Notes under the pieces: model-generated
Told to the model about the DNA's origin: nothing
The model's database searches: none
Seen by the model: only the letters and a program-made list of their open reading frames with translations
Shown here: positions 59,642 through 64,000 of the stretch, piece after piece
Layout: each line of letters starts with the position of its first letter
Position numbering within the stretch: position 1 is the stretch's first letter
Source: Kiloniellales bacterium
GTDB lineage: Bacteria; Pseudomonadota; Alphaproteobacteria; Kiloniellales; JAKSDN01
NCBI GenBank assembly: GCA_028280455.1
Contig: JANQLT010000105.1
Span: 4,077 to 68,076 of the forward strand
Direction: 5' to 3'
Length of the DNA: 64,000 nt
Program-made: the position numbers and the translations under genes

Positions 59642-60763
59642 ATGACACTGCCCCTGCGGCGGCATCTGCTGTTCTGGCTGATCGGCACGCTGGTCTTCTT
59701 CTTCCTGGTCTTCCTGTTCCGCAGCATCCTGCTGCCCTTCGTCGCCGGCATGGCCACGGCCTACTTCCTCGACCCGGTCTGCGACCGCATCGAGTCCTGG
59801 GGGCTCAGCCGGACCCTGGCGACCACGCTGGTGACGCTGGTCTTCGCCATCCTCGTGATCCTGCTGATCCTGATCCTGGTGCCGGCCTTGATCGGCCAGC
59901 TCGCCGCCCTGCTGGAGCGCATGCCGACCTATCTCGAGAGCCTGCGCAACGGCGTCGCTCAGCTCGTCTCGACCATCGAAGAGCAGCTCGATCCGGCGCT
60001 CTTGGAGCGCGCGCGCGAAGCCGCCACGGCCTCGATCGGCCGCTTCGTCGACTGGATCACCTCGGTGGTCGCCGGCGTGGTGACCGGCGGCGTCGCCTTC
60101 GCCAACCTGATCTCGCTCCTGGTCATCACGCCGATCGTCGCCTTCTACCTGCTGCGCGACTGGGACCGGATCGTCGAGCGGGTCGACTCATGGCTGCCGC
60201 GCGCCCAGGCCGACGTGATCCGCGAGCAACTCGCCGCCATCGACCGGACCCTGGCCGGTTTCGTGCGCGGCCAGGCGACTGTCTGTCTGATCCTCGGCAT
60301 CTTCTATGCCGCGGCCCTGACCGTCGCCGGCCTCGACTTCGGTCTGGCGATCGGCCTCTTCGCCGGGCTGGTCTCCTTCATCCCCTACGTCGGCTCGCTG
60401 TCCGGCGGCCTGCTGTCGATCGGTCTCGCCCTGGTGCAGTTCGACGACCTGGCGCGGGTCGCGATCATCGCCGCCATCTTCTTCGTCGGCCAGGCCATCG
60501 AGGGCAACTTCCTGACCCCCAAGCTGGTCGGCGACCGCGTCGGGCTGCATCCGGTCTGGGTGATCTTCGCCCTGCTCGCCGGCGGCTCGCTGTTCGGCTT
60601 CGTCGGCGTGCTGATCGCCTTGCCGGTGGCCGCCACCATCGGCGTGCTGGTCCGCTTCGCCCTGGAGCAGTACCTGGACAGCGACATCTACCGCGGCCAC
60701 GCGGAGGACGCCCCGCCCGATGGCCCGTCCAATGGCCCATCCCATGGCCCATCCCATGGCTAG
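59642..60763 (+). CDS. AI-2E family transporter (PerM-like)
   Basis: LLPF...AYFLDP, FYLLRDW, FIPYVG, EGNFLTPKLVG..VGLHP. Confidence 0.92.
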   Translation: MTLPLRRHLLFWLIGTLVFFFLVFLFRSILLPFVAGMATAYFLDPVCDRIESWGLSRTLATTLVTLVFAILVILLILILVPALIGQLAALLERMPTYLESLRNGVAQLVSTIEEQLDPALLERAREAATASIGRFVDWITSVVAGVVTGGVAFANLISLLVITPIVAFYLLRDWDRIVERVDSWLPRAQADVIREQLAAIDRTLAGFVRGQATVCLILGIFYAAALTVAGLDFGLAIGLFAGLVSFIPYVGSLSGGLLSIGLALVQFDDLARVAIIAAIFFVGQAIEGNFLTPKLVGDRVGLHPVWVIFALLAGGSLFGFVGVLIALPVAATIGVLVRFALEQYLDSDIYRGHAEDAPPDGPSNGPSHGPSHG

Positions 60764-60779
60764 GAGGGCGGCCGAGCGC

Positions 60780-61481
60780 ATGCGGCAGCTCGCCCTCGAC
60801 CTGCCGCATCGGCCGGCCCTGGGCCGCGGCGATTTCCTGGTCGCCCCGAGCAACGCGGTCGCCGTCGAGTGGATCGACCGCTGGCCCGCCTGGCCCGGCC
60901 GCGGCCTGGTGCTGACCGGGCCGGCCGGCGCCGGCAAGAGCCACCTGGCCGCCGTCTGGCGCGCGCTCGGCGAGGCCGTGGCGCTGACGCCGGCCGCCCT
61001 GGCCGAGCGCGAGCCGCCGGCGATTCTCGGGCAGGCGACGGCCGCCGTGCTGGACGACGCGGACCGGGTCCTGGCCCGCTCGCCGGCGCTCGAGCGGCCC
61101 TTGCTGCATCTCTACAACCTGATCGCCGAGCGGGGCGGCACGCTGCTGCTGACTGCCCAGGAGGGGCCGGCGCGCTGGGCCGTGGCGCTGCCGGACCTGC
61201 GCTCGCGCCTGGTCACCTTGCAGACCGCCGCGCTCGGCGCGCCGGACGATACCCTGCTGCGCGCGCTCCTGGTCAAGCTCTTCGCCGACCGCCAGCTCAC
61301 CATCGACGAGGCGGGCCTGCGCTTCCTGTTGCCGCGCATGGAGCGCAGCTACGCCGCCGCGCGCCGCCTGGCCGCGGCCGCCGACCGCACCGCCCTGGCG
61401 CGGCGCAAGGACATCACCGTGCCGCTGCTGAGCAGCGTGCTGCAGGAGATCGGCGGCGATGCAGCCGTCGCAGAGGACTGA
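60780..61481 (+). CDS. hdaA: DnaA regulatory inactivator HdaA
   Basis: QLALDL clamp-binding motif, GPAGAGKSHL, LPDLRSRL, KLFADRQL, RMERS. Confidence 0.88.
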   Translation: MRQLALDLPHRPALGRGDFLVAPSNAVAVEWIDRWPAWPGRGLVLTGPAGAGKSHLAAVWRALGEAVALTPAALAEREPPAILGQATAAVLDDADRVLARSPALERPLLHLYNLIAERGGTLLLTAQEGPARWAVALPDLRSRLVTLQTAALGAPDDTLLRALLVKLFADRQLTIDEAGLRFLLPRMERSYAAARRLAAAADRTALARRKDITVPLLSSVLQEIGGDAAVAED

Positions 61482-61507
61482 GCCAACCGGAGGAGGGGAG
61501 TCGCGCC

Positions 61508-62287
61508 ATGGATCTGGGAATTGCCGGCCGCAAGGCGATCGTCTGCGCCGCGAGCAAGGGCTTGGGGCGGGCCTGCGCCCACTCGCTGGCCCGCGAGGGC
61601 GTCGAGGTGACGATCATCGCCCGCCACGAGGAGGCGCTGAAGGCCGCCGCCGAGGAGATCGGCGGCGCCACCGGCAGCCGGGTGACCGCGGTCGCCGGCG
61701 ACGTCACCCGGCCGGAAGACCGGGAGCGCCTGCTGGAGGCCTGTCCGTCGCCCGACATCCTGGTGAACAACTGCGGTGGCCCGCCGCCGGGCGATTTCCG
61801 CGACTGGACCCGCGACGACTGGATCAGCGCGCTGGACGCCAACATGCTGACCGCCATCGAGCTGATCAAGGCGACCGTCGACGGCATGATCGAGCGCCGC
61901 TTCGGGCGCATCGTCAACATCACCTCCTCGGCGGTGAAGGCGCCGATCGACATCCTCGGCCTGTCCAACGGCGCGCGGGCGGGGCTGACCGGCTTCGTCG
62001 CCGGCGTCTCGCGCAAGACCGTGCGCCACAACGTGACGATCAACAACCTGCTGCCCGGCCCCTTCGACACCGACCGGCTCAACGCGACCATCGAGGCCGG
62101 GGCCAAATCCAGCGGCCGCTCCCTGGAGGAGATCCGCGCCGAGCGCAGCGCGGCGGTGCCGGCCGGCCGGTTCGGCTACCCGGAGGAGCTCGGCGAAGCC
62201 TGCGCCTTCCTCTGCGGCCGGCACGCGGGTTTCATCACGGGACAGAACCTCTTGCTCGACGGTGGCGGATTCCCTGGCACTCTCTAG
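61508..62287 (+). CDS. SDR family oxidoreductase
   Basis: MDLGIAGR.AIVCAASKGLG, DILVNNCGGPPPG, GRIVNITS, ITGQN. Confidence 0.92.
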   Translation: MDLGIAGRKAIVCAASKGLGRACAHSLAREGVEVTIIARHEEALKAAAEEIGGATGSRVTAVAGDVTRPEDRERLLEACPSPDILVNNCGGPPPGDFRDWTRDDWISALDANMLTAIELIKATVDGMIERRFGRIVNITSSAVKAPIDILGLSNGARAGLTGFVAGVSRKTVRHNVTINNLLPGPFDTDRLNATIEAGAKSSGRSLEEIRAERSAAVPAGRFGYPEELGEACAFLCGRHAGFITGQNLLLDGGGFPGTL

Positions 62288-62386
62288 GTAAACTCAACGT
62301 TGAGCCTTTGTCATATTTCTGTCATCTAAGCGTCGCTTGACTGAAACCTGCGCCCAAGACCTAGTCCCCCGGTCGTAGGGAAAGCG

Positions 62387-63937
62387 ATGAACGACGAGAT
62401 CGAGCTCAAGCTGGCGTTGACGCCTGAAGATCTGAAGCGCTTGCGGCGTCACCCCTTGATCCGCTCGCTTGCCCGCGGTCGCGCCCGAACGCGCAAATTG
62501 GTCAGTGTCTACTACGACACGCCGGACCGGACCCTGCAGCGGCAGGGCATGGCCTTGCGCGTCCGCCATATCGGCCAGAAGCGGGTCCAGACCCTCAAGG
62601 CCGTGGCCGAGGACGCGCTGCGCTCCCTCAAGCACTATCGCGAGTTCGAGGCCGAGCTGGAGGGCGAGCAGCCGGACCTGGCGCTGATCGACGACGAGGA
62701 CCTGCAGGCGCGGCTGCTGGCCGACGGCGTCGCCGACAAGCTGGCGCCGGTCTTCACCACCAACTTCCAACGCGCCTCGATCCCGCTGCGCTTCGCCGAC
62801 AGCGACCTCGAGCTGGCGCTCGACCAGGGCGAGATCGTCTCCGGCGAGGGCCAGGTGCCGATCTGCGAGGCGGAGCTGGAGCTGGTTTCCGGCCGCTCCT
62901 CGCGGATCTACGAGCTGGCGCTGGCGCTCGGCGAGCGGGTCACCTTCAGCCTGGAGCGCCGGACCAAGGCGAGCCGCGGCTACTCGCTCGGCGAGAAGGT
63001 CGACCTCAAGGCGGTCAAGGCCCAGGAGGCGAGCCTCGACCCGGCCATGACGGCGCGCGCCGCCTTCGAGCTGGCGGCCCGCTCCTGCCTGACGCAGATC
63101 TGCGCCAACGAGCCGGTGGTGCTGGCCGCCGGCGACATCGAGGGCGTGCATCAGCTCCGCGTCGGCGTGCGCCGGCTGCGCGCGGTGCTGGCGGCTTTCG
63201 CGCCGATCGTCCGGCCCGACGCCCTGGACTACCTGCGCCTCGAGCTGCGCTGGCTGCAGCAGTGCCTGGGCGCGGCGCGCGAGTGGGACGTCTTCATCGA
63301 CGAGACCCTGCAGCCGCTCGGCAAGCGCTGCAGCGACGCCACGGGCCTGGCCGAGCTGAGCGAGGCCTCCAAGGAGCTGCGCAGGGAGGCCTACCGGCAG
63401 GCCGGCGAGGCCCTGCGCTCGCAGCGCTACACCGAGCTGCTGCTGCGCCTGGACCTCTGGCTCGAGGACGGCGGCTGGGCTTTCGAGGCGCCGCCCGGCG
63501 AGCCCAACCTGGCCGTTGCGCCGGTCGGCAAGCTGGCGCGGCAGATCCTCGACCGGCGCGACCGCCGGCTGCGCAAGCTCTCCAAGAAGCACGACAAGCT
63601 GACCGAAGCCGAGATGCACGGCATTCGCCTGCTGGCCAAGAAGAAGCGCTACTGCCTGGAGTTCTTCGGCTCGCTCTACCGCCGCAAGCTGGTCCGCGAA
63701 TCGCTCGAGTCGCTGAAGGCGATCCAGGACAAGCTCGGCACCTACAACGACGCGGTGGTCGGCGCCGAGCTTCTGAAGCAGGTCGCCGAGGCCAAGGGCG
63801 ACGAGGCCACGCCGGAGCTGGCGATCGCCTGCGCCACGGTGCGCGGCTGGCACGCGGCGACCATGGACCACGACATCAGCGACTTCCGCGAGGCCTGGAC
63901 CGAGTACGAGGCCGGACCGCGCTTCTGGCGCGACTAG
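62387..63937 (+). CDS. CYTH and CHAD domain protein (inorganic triphosphatase-like)
   Basis: EIELKL, YYDTPD, LRVR, EAELEL; CHAD motifs HQLRVGVRRLR, H.IRL.AKK.RY, QD.LG..ND. Confidence 0.9.
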   Translation: MNDEIELKLALTPEDLKRLRRHPLIRSLARGRARTRKLVSVYYDTPDRTLQRQGMALRVRHIGQKRVQTLKAVAEDALRSLKHYREFEAELEGEQPDLALIDDEDLQARLLADGVADKLAPVFTTNFQRASIPLRFADSDLELALDQGEIVSGEGQVPICEAELELVSGRSSRIYELALALGERVTFSLERRTKASRGYSLGEKVDLKAVKAQEASLDPAMTARAAFELAARSCLTQICANEPVVLAAGDIEGVHQLRVGVRRLRAVLAAFAPIVRPDALDYLRLELRWLQQCLGAAREWDVFIDETLQPLGKRCSDATGLAELSEASKELRREAYRQAGEALRSQRYTELLLRLDLWLEDGGWAFEAPPGEPNLAVAPVGKLARQILDRRDRRLRKLSKKHDKLTEAEMHGIRLLAKKKRYCLEFFGSLYRRKLVRESLESLKAIQDKLGTYNDAVVGAELLKQVAEAKGDEATPELAIACATVRGWHAATMDHDISDFREAWTEYEAGPRFWRD

Positions 63938-64000
63938 ATGTGAGCTTCCAACAGGTTGTCCGCTCCCCCTCCCGGCCACCCAATAGGATACTGCCGTGGG

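Overview
High-GC alphaproteobacterial (Rhodospirillales-like) chromosomal window with about 55 supportable genes. Housekeeping and metabolic genes include two GcvT-family dehydrogenases, a choline kinase, puuE, ppa, holC, ndk, purMN, hdaA and a CYTH-CHAD protein. These surround a large accessory block related to the cell surface. The standout is an 816-aa flagellin (34850-37300) whose hypervariable region holds a complete S8 subtilisin-like serine protease (D255/H414/S579, oxyanion N507), apparently nested inside a split cadherin/CSPG-like domain. This is a candidate serine-protease flagellar filament, distinct from the known metalloprotease flagellinolysins. Other notable items are (1) a six-gene Ycf46-AAA/DUF1257/DUF2997/radical-SAM operon with two look-alike membrane proteins sharing a C-terminal PLxP motif, (2) an orphan contractile-injection spike pair (gpD+gpV), (3) a Lap-type T1SS with LapG and a distant RTX protein carrying TAAG at residues 107-110, (4) a Cle-like receiver fused to an Hpt-like domain, (5) a 2205-bp IS1595 element with an 8-bp TSD and HEPN-like cargo that disrupts comB, (6) an ammonia-lyase-family gene lacking the MIO motif, (7) a stand-alone PEP mutase-nucleotidyltransferase, (8) an Xre-RES toxin-antitoxin pair, and (9) a two-copy palindromic element with compensatory base changes. 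No rRNA, tRNA or CRISPR array was seen. All family calls come from visual motif recognition; no database search was run.
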